Source of the DNA: Stegostoma tigrinum
Lineage: Eukaryota
Direction of reading: 5' to 3'
Length of the DNA stretch: 64,000 nt
Assembly (NCBI RefSeq): GCF_030684315.1
Contig: NC_081365.1
Span: 39,089,830-39,153,829 of the forward strand
A model generated the notes under the pieces. It had not been told where the DNA came from. It saw only the letters and a list, made by a program, of their open reading frames with translations, and did no database searches. The translations under genes and the position numbers were made by a program. This document shows positions 39,290 to 52,012 of this stretch, in pieces. Every line of letters starts with the position of its first letter. The first letter of the stretch is position 1.

Positions 39290-39610
39290 CTTTCGATAAC
39301 TTCGTTTCTTTCGGTTTTCACCACTGTACAAAATGGTTTAAAATCCGGGAAAAAAAAAACACTGCTAGTCCGGAATAAAGTTTCGAACACCAAACTATTC
39401 AATCAGACTCGTTACTTTCTGTCTCTCCCCGATTTCCTTTGTGATTGACAGCTAAGCAGTCCAATCAGCAGTTTCCACACTCAGGACGATCCCAGGAAGT
39501 GCATGATCAATGATCAATTCTCAAGAGTTTGCCGTGAGGCGTTTCGAGCAGAAATGACTGGGAGGTGCTGCCAATGCAGGATCGGAGGATTAAGTGCTCG
39601 GGAGTCTACC
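39290..39610 (-). promoter_or_regulatory. Probable TRIM45 promoter / 5' UTR region
   Basis: Locally raised CpG content, CCAAT-like boxes (ccaatcag near 39461) and an ETS site (caggaagt near 39493), about 0.6-0.8 kb upstream of the ATG. Confidence 0.45.
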
Positions 39611-39621
39611 CGTTTTATATC

Positions 39622-40610
39622 GAGCCAAGCAGCATCTCAGGAGCACAAAAGCTGACGTTTCGGGCCTAGACCCTTCATCAGAAAAGGGGGATGGGGTGAG
39701 GGTTCTGGAATAAATAGGAAGAGAGGGGGAGGCGGACCGAAGATGGAGAGAAAAGAAGATAGGTGAAGAGTGTATAGGTGGGGAGGTAGGGAGGGGATAG
39801 GTCAGTCCAGGGAAGACGGACAGGTCAAGGAGGTGGGTTGAGGTTAGTAGGTAGGAGATCGAGGTGCGGCTTGGGGTGGGAGGAAGGGATGAGTGAGAGG
39901 AAGAACAGGTTAGGGAGGCAGAGACAGGCTGGGCTGGTTTTGGGATACAGCGGGGGGAGGGGAAGAGCTGGGCTGGTTGTGTGATGCAGTGGGTGGAGGG
40001 GACGAACTGGGCTGGTTTTGGGATGCGGTGGGGGAAGGGGAGATTTTGAAGCTTGGGAAGTCCACATTGATACCATTGGGCTGCAGGGTTCCCAAGCGGA
40101 ATATGAGTTGCTGTTCCTGCAACCTTCGGGTGGCATCATTGTGGCACTGCAGAAGGCCCAGGATGGACATGTCGTCTAAGGAATGGGAGAGAGAGGCGAA
40201 ATGGTTTGCGACTGGGAGGTGCAGTTGTTTATTACGAACCAAGTGTAGGTGTTCTGCAAAGCGGTCCCCAAGCCTCTGCTTGCTTTCCCCAATGTCGAAG
40301 AGGCCACATCGTGTACAGCGGATGCAGTATACCACATTGGCGAATGTGCAGGTGAACATCTGCTTAATATGGAAAGTCATCTTGGGGCCTGGGATGGGGG
40401 TGAGGGAGGAGGTGTGGGGGCAGGTGTAGCAATTCTGCCATCTGCAATCCGACCCCACCGAAGACATTATTTCCACCCCACCCTTGCCTGCTTTCTGGAG
40501 GGATCACTCTCTCCGTGACTCCCTCGTCCGCTCCACGCTTCCCTCCAACCCCCCCCCCCCCCCCCCCCCACACCCGGCACTTCCCCTGCAACCGCAGGAA
40601 GTGCTCCACA
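39622..40610 (-). mobile_element. Penelope-like element, 5'-truncated, with an inverted 5' segment (about 40436-40610)
   Basis: GIY-YIG domain (NVVYCIRCTRCGLFDIGESKQRL) on the minus strand; the adjoining upstream piece is present on the plus strand. Hammerhead core at 39654-39681. Confidence 0.92.
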
Positions 40611-41919
40611 ACAACAAAAACAAAGTTGCTGGCAAAGCTCAGTAGGGTCAGCTGACCTGAAATGTTAACTCTGTTTTCTCCTCCACAGATGCTGCCAGAC
40701 CTGCTGAGTTTTTCCAGCAACTTTGTTTTTGTTCCTGATTTAGAGTTTCCACAGTTCTTTTGGTTTTTATCTCCTATTTAATCTATTTGTGCTCACACTT
40801 TGTACCTAATTCAATGCGCACAGTGTCTCACTCATGCCTTTTCACGGTGTTCCCCTTCAGCCAGAGCTAAAGAGTCACAGTACTTCTTGTTGTAGTCGCT
40901 GTTGAGGGATAATTATTGGCTTGTCGAGTAGGATTTCTCCCCAGCTCTTCTTCTAGATAGCACCATTGGTAGAAACTTTCCGGTCCTGAACAGCATGTGT
41001 ATTGGTGAGTCAGTTGGGAACACAGCAGAAATTAGGCTCCTGAGATCAAGAAACAGATACAACAGCTAAGTTTTGAATGGCGAGAAAAGAATCTTGTTAT
41101 TGAGCAACTCGAAGTGTACTTCCATTTATGTGCATACAGTAGCATGACATTACTAACTCACCTCACTGATATGTAGCTTCCTTTAGCCCCAATGAATGGA
41201 TGGAACCTAGACAGGACAAGTCCCGACATGAAAGTCAGAACAATAACCTGGTGACTCCATCTTGCTGCTTTTTCCACTGGGCCTTCATCTTGGACAGCAT
41301 TCCCCCAACATCTCACAGCATGGTCAATAACGCTCCAGAAGCTTGACACCAGCAAAGCAAACTGCTTTAATGGAACCCTAAATCACAGCTTCAATATTCA
41401 TTGCCTATACAGGGACATGCAATGTCAGCAGCGTGTACTACAAAAGGTACAGCAACAAGTCCCCATAGCTTCTTGGATAAAACAATATATAAAAAGAAAC
41501 AAAAAAATGCAGGTATTGGAAATCTGAAACAAAAACATAAATTTCTGGAGAAACTATTGTTCAAAACTGTTCTGAAGAAGGATCACTGGACCCAAAATGA
41601 TCTGCTGAGTTTCTGTTTTTGGCTTTAGACAACACCTTCCAAAATCAGCAATTTCTACCACCTGGAAGTACAGACTCAGCAGATAAATGCAAACCTCACT
41701 GTTTGCAAGTTCTCCAAAGCTGCGCTCGAAACTAACTTTGAACTATGTCAACATTTCTTATCACTGGTGAAAAATCCTGCAAGTATGCCCCTAACTGCAT
41801 TGTAGACTTCCACAACAAATGGATTACAGTGGTTCAGAATTAAATCCAGTGCTACCTTCTCAAGGGCATTTTGGGATGAGCAGTAAGGGGTGATCACATG
41901 TGAGCTTTGCTCACATCAT

Positions 41920-42540
41920 ATTAATGTAGAAACATGAAACTGGGAGCAGGAGTCAAAAATTCAACTCTTCAAGTCCGCTTTATCATTCAATATGATCATA
42001 GCCAATTCAGTGCCCTGTTCCTGCGTTTTACCCCCATGCTCTTTGATCCCATTAGTCCTAAGAATTACATCTAATTCCTTTTTGAAAGCATTCAATATTT
42101 GAGCCTCAACTGCTTTCTGTGGCAAATAATTCCACAGGCTCACCACCCTCTTAGGGAAGAAATTTCTCCTCATTCCTGCCCTACATGGCCTATTCCATAT
42201 CGTTAAACTGTGACCTCTGAATCTGGACTCCCCAGTCATCAGAAACATCTTTCTTGTGTTATCCTGTCTTGGCATGTTCAAAATTTGTCGGTTTCCTCTA
42301 AATACCACTGGATATAGTTATTAACCAATTCAGTTTCTCTTCAACCCTGCAATCAGAGGAATCAGTCTGGTAAAGCTTTGTTGCACTTTCTCTTTAGTAA
42401 AAGCCCCTGCTTCTATATTTGAATCCTGTCACTATGAAGGCCAAAATACCATTCACCTTCTTCAGTGCCAGCCGCATCTGCAGGTTTACTTTCAATGACC
42501 GACTTTGTTGCACTTCCACATTTCACAATTTATTGCGTTC
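41920..42540 (-). mobile_element. CR1 LINE 3' fragment
   Basis: ORF 41961-42308 (RGHSL...RRNFFPKRVVSLWNYLPQKAVEA). Confidence 0.8.
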
Positions 42541-43025
42541 AGATAAAATTAGCTCATTAAGTGAAAGACTGTTAGTTAATTAAAGAGAAGTAAAATTGGA
42601 CAGCAAATTCCATTCTGGTCCTCCCTGCACATATTCAGTTACACATGAACATCCAAACATTCCTGATCAGGTTTCTGCCCTCTTATGTAAATATTGCTGC
42701 ATCTGTACAAATTCAGTTGGGACAATGTTACCCTGTATTTTATTTATAGCCAAGAACTCGTTAAGACACTAAATGCATGCAGTTTATGTGAACAGTTATT
42801 TTCTAGGTGTCTCATTGTCTCTGATTAATTTGTTACATGTTTCACATTGGTGACATCATGAAAACCACTGCATGGATCTTGCCTGCTTGTAAATTCTCCA
42901 CTTCGTTAGATGCAAAGATCACCAGGGTCGACCCAGAAAGTTCACAAGTTTTAACTGCTAATGATGTTTGCCAGACAGATTCTCACTCCTGCTAAGTATA
43001 TCAAAAGCTTGCGCACTTTTAAGTG

Positions 43026-44079
43026 AGAGATAATGGGAACTGCAGATGCTGTAGAATCCAAGATAATAAAGTGTGGAGCTGGATGAACACAGCAGGCCAA
43101 GCAGCATCTTAGGAGCACAAAAGCTGACGTTTCGGTCCTCGACCCTTCATCAGAGAGGGGGATGGGGAGAGGGAACTGGAATAAATAGGGAGAGAGGGGG
43201 AGGCGGACTGAAGATGGAGAGAAAAGAAGATAGGTGGAGAGGAGAGTATAGGTGAGGAGGTAGGGAGGGGATAGGTCAGTCCAGGGAAGACGGACAGGTC
43301 AAGGAGGTGGGATGAGGTTAGTAGATAGGAAATGGAGGTGCGGCTTGGGTGGGATGAAGGGATGGCTGAGAGGAAGAACAGGTTAGGGAGGCAGAGACAG
43401 GCTGGGCTGGTTTTGGGATGCACTGGGGGGAGGGGATGAACTGGGCTGGTTGTGTGATGCAGTGGGGGGAGGGGACGAACTGGGCTGTATTGGGATGCGG
43501 TGGGGGAAGGGGAGATTTTGAAACTGGTGAAGTCCACATTGATACCATTGGGCTGCAGGGCTCCCAGGCGGAATATGAGTTGCTGTTCCTGCAACCTTCG
43601 GGTGGCATCATTGTGGCACTGCAGGAGGCCCATGATGGACATGTCATCTAAAGAATGGGATGGGGAGTTAAAATGGTTCGTGACTGGGAGGTGTAGTTGT
43701 TTATTGTGAACCGAGCGGAGCTGTTCTGCAAAGTGGTCCCCAAGCCTCCGCCTGGGTTTCCCCAATGTAGAGGAAGCCACACCGGGTACAATGGATGCGA
43801 TATACCACATTGGCAGATGTCCAGGTGAACGTCTGCTTAATATGGAAACTCATCTTGGGTCTTGGGATGGGGGTGAGGGAGGAGGTGTGGGAGCAAGTGT
43901 AGCACTTCCTGCGGTTGCAGGGGAAGGTGCCAGGTGTGGTGGGGTTGGTGGGCAGTGTGGAGCGGACAAGGGAGTCACGGAGAGAGTGGTCTCTCCGGAA
44001 GGCAGACAAGGGTGGGGATGGAACAATGTCTTGGGTGGTGGGGTCGGATTGTAGATGGCGGATGTGTCGGAGGATGATG
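43026..44079 (-). mobile_element. Penelope-like element, 5'-truncated, with a 10-bp TSD
   Basis: Frameshifted GIY-YIG region. cttttaagtg is duplicated at 43016-43025 and 44080-44089. Hammerhead core at 43126-43153. Confidence 0.93.
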
Positions 44080-45724
44080 CTTTTAAGTGGTTGGATTCAC
44101 TCATCAACCACAAAGCTCATGAAAATGTTCTTTGGCTGAGCTTTTCTGCACTGTATTAGAAAAATATACAAATGCAATCCACAGTCCAGACACCTCTATT
44201 TATATGAACCTTTCTGCACTTTGAACTCTTTTTGATATGGACTTTGCAAGCTTGTGGTGCAGTCACATTTTTAACCAAAATGCACAGTTTAGGTTTAGTA
44301 TATATTTACACAATAAGTGATTAGATGAAGATACTAAATACAAACAATACGATGGCCTAAATAATAGAAGAGCGTCCCTTCATCCCATTGCACCACCATG
44401 TCCTCAACGTACCACATTTCCAAATGGCAGATAACATTACCATGCACTCACTGAAGAAGATAACATGGTAAAACCACACAGCAAGACTTCCCCTTCACAA
44501 AAGTGAATATCGAGAGGAAACTGAAAGCAATTGGTTTTCAGTTATTTTTTTGGAAAAAAACTGGATATTTACCCAATTAAGAGTATCAGTTGTGTTATTG
44601 TTATACAGAGAAAGCATTTTACCGTTGGAATAGGAGTCATGCTTTAACCATATAAATGCTGAAAGCTGACATGGATGTTATTCTTTGGTAAACTAAAGAG
44701 AATAAAGGCTTTAAAATGTGCTCAAATTTCCCGTTTGGTTTTCTGATAATTCATTCTCTCTTTTAAAGATTATTTGATCCACTCAGTTTCTATATGATGA
44801 GAACCTGGATCAAGAACCTTTGTCCAAGTTGCACTGATACTTTTGAATTAATGCAAATCCAAAAATGTTGTCATCTATGCGGAAATGGTATGCAACAAAA
44901 TATATAAGCCAACCTTAGATTGTTAAATGACTACTGTGCCTTTTCAGGTTTTATTAATCAAACTAAATCTCTTGGAACAGATAAAAATGTAAATATACTT
45001 GCAATAATGTTATCCAATCTGCCAATAAATGATTTTATGGGTTTTTTTGGCTGTGAAATTAATGATAATAGTAACAACACTAGTCTTATTCTGCACAATT
45101 CACAAAATTAAACTTGAAAGTCTGGACGTTGCTTCCTATGATATTGCTACATCCCTGTAAAATTTACAAAGATAGTATTTCACTGGCTGGATTCACAATT
45201 AAATGTGTAGAATAAAGTGAACTTGCAGTACCTGGTACTTGCATAATAAATATGGATTAAGTCCACAAGATTGAAAGGGAGCTCATCCATTTGAATCGAA
45301 GTATCCTTGTAATGATGTGGTATGTTTTATTTACTTCCAAACAACATCCCCAGCCCTGAAAATTCAATTTTTCAGGAATGTGGAGCCATCCCTTGAGGTT
45401 TTCGTTATTACTTGGTATTTAAAAGAAATTTAAATACTTTGTAAGACCTTTTCTTTCTGAATATTGGATTTTATCGCTGAATCTAATATTATTGTAACCA
45501 GCTGATTTTATTTTCTGTATGTAATTTTAAAAGTAAATTAAGTATTCTAACTGATATTTCCATGCCTAGATTCTAAACCTCATCAGTTCAGGTTGTTTAT
45601 TTGTAAATTAGACTCTTGATATCTATTAGTTTATTGTAGATGGTTGTACAAGAAAGATAAATAGGTCAGCAACAAGAATGCACTCCAGCCCACCCCACAA
45701 CACTCCACAACCCACACACATGAA

Positions 45725-45819
45725 GGGTCTGATGAAGGGTCTAGACCCGAAACGTCAGCTTTTGTGCTCCTGAGATGCTGCTTGGCCTGCTGTGTTCATC
45801 CAGCCTCACATTTTATTAT
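45725..45819 (+). mobile_element. Minimal PLE insertion consisting of the hammerhead core (45729-45756) plus the 3' terminus, with an 8-bp TSD
   Basis: cacatgaa at 45717-45724 and 45820-45827; CTGATGA-A-GGGT[CTAG]ACCC-GAAAC-GTC. Confidence 0.85.
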
Positions 45820-46587
45820 CACATGAACCAGAAGGTGGTTGAAGGATTTCAAACCTAAATGTTGCTTTGCTTTCCTTCCAGCCACAGACAGGCACATCAC
45901 GTATCACCATTGTAGCCATCTGTAAATAAATGGTGGTTATATATTAAGATATTAATCTAGTAATGTCAGTCATCACACTAAAAGTGCACAGGTGAAAAAT
46001 AAGATGTTTTTTCATTGAGGTCCACTGTAGCAATGTTATGGTCAAACACATTGTCTTAGGGAATTAGTTATATCTGCAACTGGAACAGAAGCCTACAGCA
46101 GTGTAATCATCAGTGCAACAAACATTTAACAATGCAGAAAAATTGCAGTCAATATGTACAGGTTGTTATTGAATGTTTTCCAGAACACTCGATAAAGTCC
46201 AGTAAGATTTGTTTATGATGGAATTAGGTTCTTTACAAATGGAATTAATATTATCTCACCTAGTGTTGCAGGGCTGTGGAAAATGCTTGAGGAATAGGGT
46301 GTGCTGTGTTGCTGTTGCAGAGAGTCAACAGAAGCACCTTGAGTCAAACAGCCTCCTTATGTGTTATAACTATTCTATGATATACGTTCAGTAAGAACCT
46401 TCAAAGTAAAATTCGGTGAGTATGTGAGGGAGAAAAACATTCCAGGATACAGAAAAAGAGTTAGATTCTTGTCTTCCTCTTTGAAAGAATTGGCTCTGAC
46501 TGGAAGGACTGAATTACTTACTTTTCGGCTGCTCTTTTCTATGAAAAAGAGAAATGGAAATACACACAAGTTTATCTTGAGATGAGA

Positions 46588-47515
46588 AAGAGATAACAAA
46601 GTGTGGAGCTGGATGAACACAGCAGGCCAAGCAGCATCATAGGAGCACAAAAGCTGACATTTCGGGCCTAGACCCTTCATCAGAGAGGGGGATGGGAGAG
46701 GGTTGTGGAATAAACAGGGAGAGAGTGGGAGACAGATCGAAGATGGATAGAGGAGAAGATTGGTGGAGAGGAGACAGACAAGTTAAAGGAGTGGGGAGGG
46801 AGTGAGGAGACGTGAGTGTAGGTGGGGAGGTTGGGAGGGCATAGGTGAGTCTGGGGACGACGGACAGGTCAAGGGGGCGGTTTGAGGTTAGAAGGAAGGA
46901 AATGAGGGTGTGGCTTGAGGTGGGAGGAGGGGATAGGTGAGTGGAAAGACAGGTTGGGGGCGCAGGGATGAGCTGGGCTGGTTTTGGGATGCAGTGGGAG
47001 GAAGGGGAGATTTTGAAGCTTGTGAAATGCATATTGATACCATTGGGCTGCAGGGTTCCCAAGTGGAATATGAGTTGCTGTTCCTGCAACCTTCGGGTGG
47101 CATCGTTGTGGCACTGCAGGAGGCCCAGGATGAACATGGCGTCTAAGGAATGGGAGGGAGAGTTGAAATGGTTCGCGACTGGAAGATGTGGTTGTTTATT
47201 GCAAACCAAGCGTAGGTGTTCTCCTTGGTTTCCCCGCTGTAGAGGAGGCCACAACGGGAACAGCAGATGCAGTATACTGCATTGGCAGATGTGCAGGTGA
47301 ACATCTGCTTGATGTGGAAATTCTTCTTGGGGCCTGGGATGGGGGTGAGGGAGGATGTGTGGGGGCAAGTGCAGCACTTCCGGCAGTTGCAGGGCTAAGT
47401 GCCGGGTGTAGTGTGGTTGGACCGGAGTGTGGAGCGAACAAGGGAGTCACAGAGAGAGTGGTCCCTCCACAAAGCAGACAAAGGTGGGAATGGAAAAATG
47501 TCTTTGATGGTGGGG
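46588..47515 (-). mobile_element. Penelope-like element, older and more diverged copy
   Basis: Same GIY-YIG/3' sequence with indels (ORF 46637-47377). Confidence 0.9.
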
Positions 47516-49074
47516 TGATATTGGCATGCTCTGTGTGCTAAGTGCTGAACTTAGTGTTTCATTCCATGTTGAATACAAAATGATAAGTAATGCAGACAAG
47601 ATGTTCTCCAAATTGGACTTCCCAAAAGTAAAACAGTTCAATTCTTCAAGCAAAGGAATCAGTAATAGTTGTGTATTTAATCTGGCACTGACCAGTGGGA
47701 GCTGTATAGTACAGAATAGCAATTACCCTTAATTTCTCTGCAGCAATTAAGCAGCAGTGATGGTCATGGCGGTTTTTTTCAAAAAATTGTAGTTTGAGAC
47801 AAAATGGCTAAAAGAAAAAGATAAGAAATGCTGTTAGCAATATATATTGGATACTATTCAAAATGAAAATTACTGCAATACTAGTCGTTATTGTATATTA
47901 ACAGCACAGCAATCCTACTGCTGAACTTAAGGAACTACATATCTCCATCTGGTGTGTAAAAAACAATTTATCATAATCTGTTCCATTTGTTTTGCCTTTT
48001 ATCCTACATGCTTCAATTTTGCTAATAATCCAAATTTTGTACCTTATCAAAAAACTTCTGGAAGTACACGTACACAACATTTATTGCAATACCTTCATCA
48101 ATTCTCCTTGTTGCCTCATCAAAAAAAAACTCCATCAAGGCAATCATGCACAATTTGTCCTTTAGAAATCCAGCCTGGTTCAACTTTATTAGTCCAAGTA
48201 ACGATCAATTTTCTACTTCTTTGGCACCAGTTTTTGGGTAAATTTCCCAGGTTAGTACTCTTTCTAGTGCTTCCATTCGTTTAACCTTCACATTATCCCA
48301 AAGCTTCGTTCACCTTCATTGGCAAAGTCATCTTTCATCAATAAGCGTGAATAGATCGCAAGCACTTTTTTGGCCTGCCCCAATTGTTTCCATTTTAGGC
48401 ATGCAATGTAGACTGTAAAGACCATTTTTTTAATGTTTCTGTGTTTTTGATCTTGGACTGCAAGGTTGAAAAGCCAAGAATTTTCAAAAGATCGCTACAT
48501 ATTTTAAAACCAATTAATTTGAAACTTATTGTAAGTGCTGTTTAAGGAACTGTTGGTTCAGATTGTGGGGGAAAGTCAAGTTGTAGACAAGTTAGTGACA
48601 ACAATGTGTGACGAATGGAGATTTGACCAGAAACATGTAGCAGATTAGCCAGTTATTGATGACAAATACCTTCTGCTTGCCAACATTTTGTCATTGGCTC
48701 CCAGATAGTCTAACAGTTGGGAGGTGTGAATGTTTGGATAGAAGCCATAAAACATCTGGAAGTAAAGGAGCTAACCAGGTGGAGTATCACGAGGAAGTGA
48801 AGGAATTGTTTTTTGCTCTGCTGAAAAAAAAATGCATCTCAAGCCTAAAAGTAGACAGCTTAGTTCTCCCATCAGTTACTTTAAGCTTTAAATAATAAGT
48901 CAGAGACCTTTATTAGTGTCAAACAGTTGCCCTGTGCCTCCTGCAAACAAGTGAGAAAACCAGAAGAAGGAAGATGAGGAAGCAGTGCTCTGATCAGGAG
49001 TAGGATCATCTCAGGAAGTCCTTCAAAAAGGATCATTGCGCTGCCTTCCTGTCTTTCTCTCTGCCCATAATACC

Positions 49075-49205
49075 AATTTCTGAAGAAGGGTCTAGGCCCG
49101 AAACGTCAGCTTTCCCGCTCCTCTGATGCTGCTCGGCCTGCTGTGTACATCCAGCTCCACACCTTGTTATCTCGGATTCTCCAGCATCTGCAGTTCTTAT
49201 TATCA
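49075..49205 (+). mobile_element. PLE 3' terminus with an intact hammerhead core (49080-49107)
   Basis: CTGAAGA-A-GGG[TCTAGG]CCC-GAAAC-GTC followed by the family-A terminus. Confidence 0.85.
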
Positions 49206-50122
49206 CTATTATCCGAGACGAAAAGCAGAAACTGCCGGAGAACCTCGATTCACGATTCGAGTCTACTATGAGCCTTTCTTTATTGGAGTCGAAAGGTTTA
49301 CCGTGCTTCCGTCTTCACAGATGCAGCCAGACTGCTCTGTTAGAATGTGACACATTGGAACCTTTTGAACTTCTTTTTACCGACCACTGAGAACATAAAA
49401 AGATTGAAACAGAGACAAAAACACTGGGTTAAGTTTTTGGTATTCGCTTAGGGTTTTAGACCGACAGGTGTAAGTGTTTCCATTGAGATTGGGATCGTAA
49501 AAGTACAAGAGGGCACTGAGACTGACAAAACTCATTCCCCTCTCAGGAAGCATGGCTAGTGTTTTTATATGATTGTGGGGAGGTAGGTTGGATTGATTGT
49601 CTGTTACACCCTCAGATACACTATTATAGAAAAGGAAGGAGCGTGCTCTAAGTCCACTCATTAAATGGTACTCATTATGTTAGGAAGAGTTTAAAACCAT
49701 TGACACTCGGGAGGAATGTATGATACATCTGTATTTATCATTTTGACAAACGAATCAACTTTAAGCCTCGGTTAAAAAGTGAAGAAGCAGAAGAATGCCT
49801 TAATAGGTTGTGAATCCATAGTCCACAGTCACTTAATCTCACCCTGTGAATTTCATTTACATTCCAGGAATGATACAGTACCGCATCTTTCTTGTGGTAA
49901 TGAGTTTGTTTCTGCTCCAGTGTGTGTTTAGCTCCCCAAGTGAACGGTCAGTGATTAGACTATTTAGCAGAGTTTTTTTTAGAAAAAGAAGATAAACGTT
50001 TGCATCTCTTTGACTTTATCTCTCAAATGTTCTGGTGGCAACGTCAACTCGTTGTCAACAAATAATGACACGGTACTTGTTAAATTTACAAGTCTGGTAC
50101 AAACGATTTGTCATGGCAATTT

Positions 50123-52012
50123 GTATCAGCGATAGTGGGAACTGCAGATGCTGGAGAATCCAAGATAACGAAATGTGAGGCTGGATGAACACAGCAGGCC
50201 CAGCAGCATCTCAGGAGCACAAAAGCTGACGTTTCGGGCCTAGACCCTTCATCAGAGAGGGTGATGGGGTGAGGGTTCTGGAATAAATAGGGAGAGAGGG
50301 GGAGGCGGACCGAAGATGGAGAGAAAAGAAGATAGGTGGAGAGGAGAGTATAGGTGGGGAGGTAGGGAGGGGATAGGTCAGTCCAAGGAAGACGGACAGG
50401 TCAAGGAGATGGGATGAGGTTAGTAGGTAGGAGATGGAGGTGCGGCTTGGGGTGGGAGGAAGGGATGGGTGAGAGGAAGAACAGGTTAGGGAGGCAGAGA
50501 CAGATTGGACTGGTTTTGGGATGCAGTGGGTGGAGGGGAAGAGCTGGGCTGGTTGTGTGGTGCAGTGGGGGATGGGGACGAACTGGGCCGGTTTTGGGAT
50601 GCGGTGGGGGAAGGGGAGATTTTGAAGCTTGGGAAGTCCACATTGATACCATTGGGCTGCAGGGTTCCCAAGCGGAATATGAGTTGCTGTTCCTGCAACC
50701 TTCGGGTGCCATCATTGTGGCAATGCAGGAGGCCCATGATGGACATGTCATCTAAAGAATGGGAGGGGGAGTGGAAATGGTTTGCGACTGGGAGGTGCAG
50801 TTGTTTATTGCGAACCGAGCGGAGGTGTTCTGCAAAGCGGTCCCCAAGCCTCCGCTTGGTTTCCCCAATGTAGAGGAAGCCACACCGGGTACAGTGGATG
50901 CAGTATACCACATTGGCAGATGTGCAGGTGAACCTCTGCTTAATGTGGAAAGTCATCTTGGGACCTGGGATAGGGGTGAGGGAGGAGGTGTGGGGGCAAG
51001 TGTAGCATTTCCTGCGGTTGCAGGGGAAGGTGCCGGGTGTGGTGGGGTTGGAGGGCAGTGTGGAGCGAACAAGGGAGTCATGGAGAGAGTGGTCTCTCCG
51101 GAAAGCAGACAGGGGTGGGGATGGAAAAATGTCTTGGATGGTAGGGTCGGATTGTAGATGGCGGAAGTGTCAGAGGATGATGCGTTGTATCCGGAGGTTG
51201 GTGGGGTGGTGTGTGAGAATGAGGGGGATCCTCTTTGGGCGGTTGTGGCGGGGGCAGGGTGTGAGGGATGTGTTGCGGGAGACGCGGTCAAGGGAGTTCT
51301 TGATCACTGTGGGGGGAAGTTGCGGTCCTTGAAGAACTTGGACATCTGGGATGTGTGGGAGTGGAATGCCTCATTGTGGGAGCAAATGCAGCAGAGGTGG
51401 AGGAATTGGGAATAGGGGATGGAATTTTTGCAGGAGGGTGGGTGGGAGGATGTGGATTCTCGGTAGCTCTGGGAGTCGGTGGGCTTGAAATGGGCATCAG
51501 TTACAATCTGGTTGCCTGAGATGGAAACTGAGAGATCCAGGAAGGTGAGGGATGTGCTGGAGATGGCCCAGGTGAACTGAAAGTAGGGGTGGAAGGTGTT
51601 GGTGAAGTGGAGGAACTGTTCGAGCTCCTCTGGGGAGCAAGAGGCAGCGCCGATACAGTCATCAATGTAACGGAGGAAGAGGTGGGGTTTGGGGCCTGTG
51701 TAGGTGCGAAAGAGGGACTGTTCCACGTAACCTACAAAGAGGCAGGCATAGCTGGGGCCCATGTGGGTGCCCATGGCCACCCCCTTAGAGTGTAGGAAGT
51801 GGAAGGAATCGAAAGAGAAGTTGAGGGTGAGGACGAGTTCGGCTAGGCAGATGAGGGTGTTGGTGGAGGGGGACTGGTCGGGCCTGCGGGACAGGAAGAA
51901 GCGGAGGGCCTTGAGGCCCCCTGGCCCCCAACACCTCATTTTCACCATGGACGTCCAGTCCCTATACACCTGTATTCTGCATGCAGATGGCCTCATCCAG
52001 CCTCACATTTCA
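50123..52012 (-). mobile_element. Penelope-like element (RT plus GIY-YIG) with a 5' inversion and a 15-bp TSD, inserted in the pseudogene V exon
   Basis: RT motifs GVAMGTHMGPSYA and RYIDD plus GIY-YIG on the minus strand. TMDVQSLYT is inverted on the plus strand at about 51921-51994. ttgtcatggcaattt occurs at 50108-50122 and 52013-52027. Confidence 0.95.
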
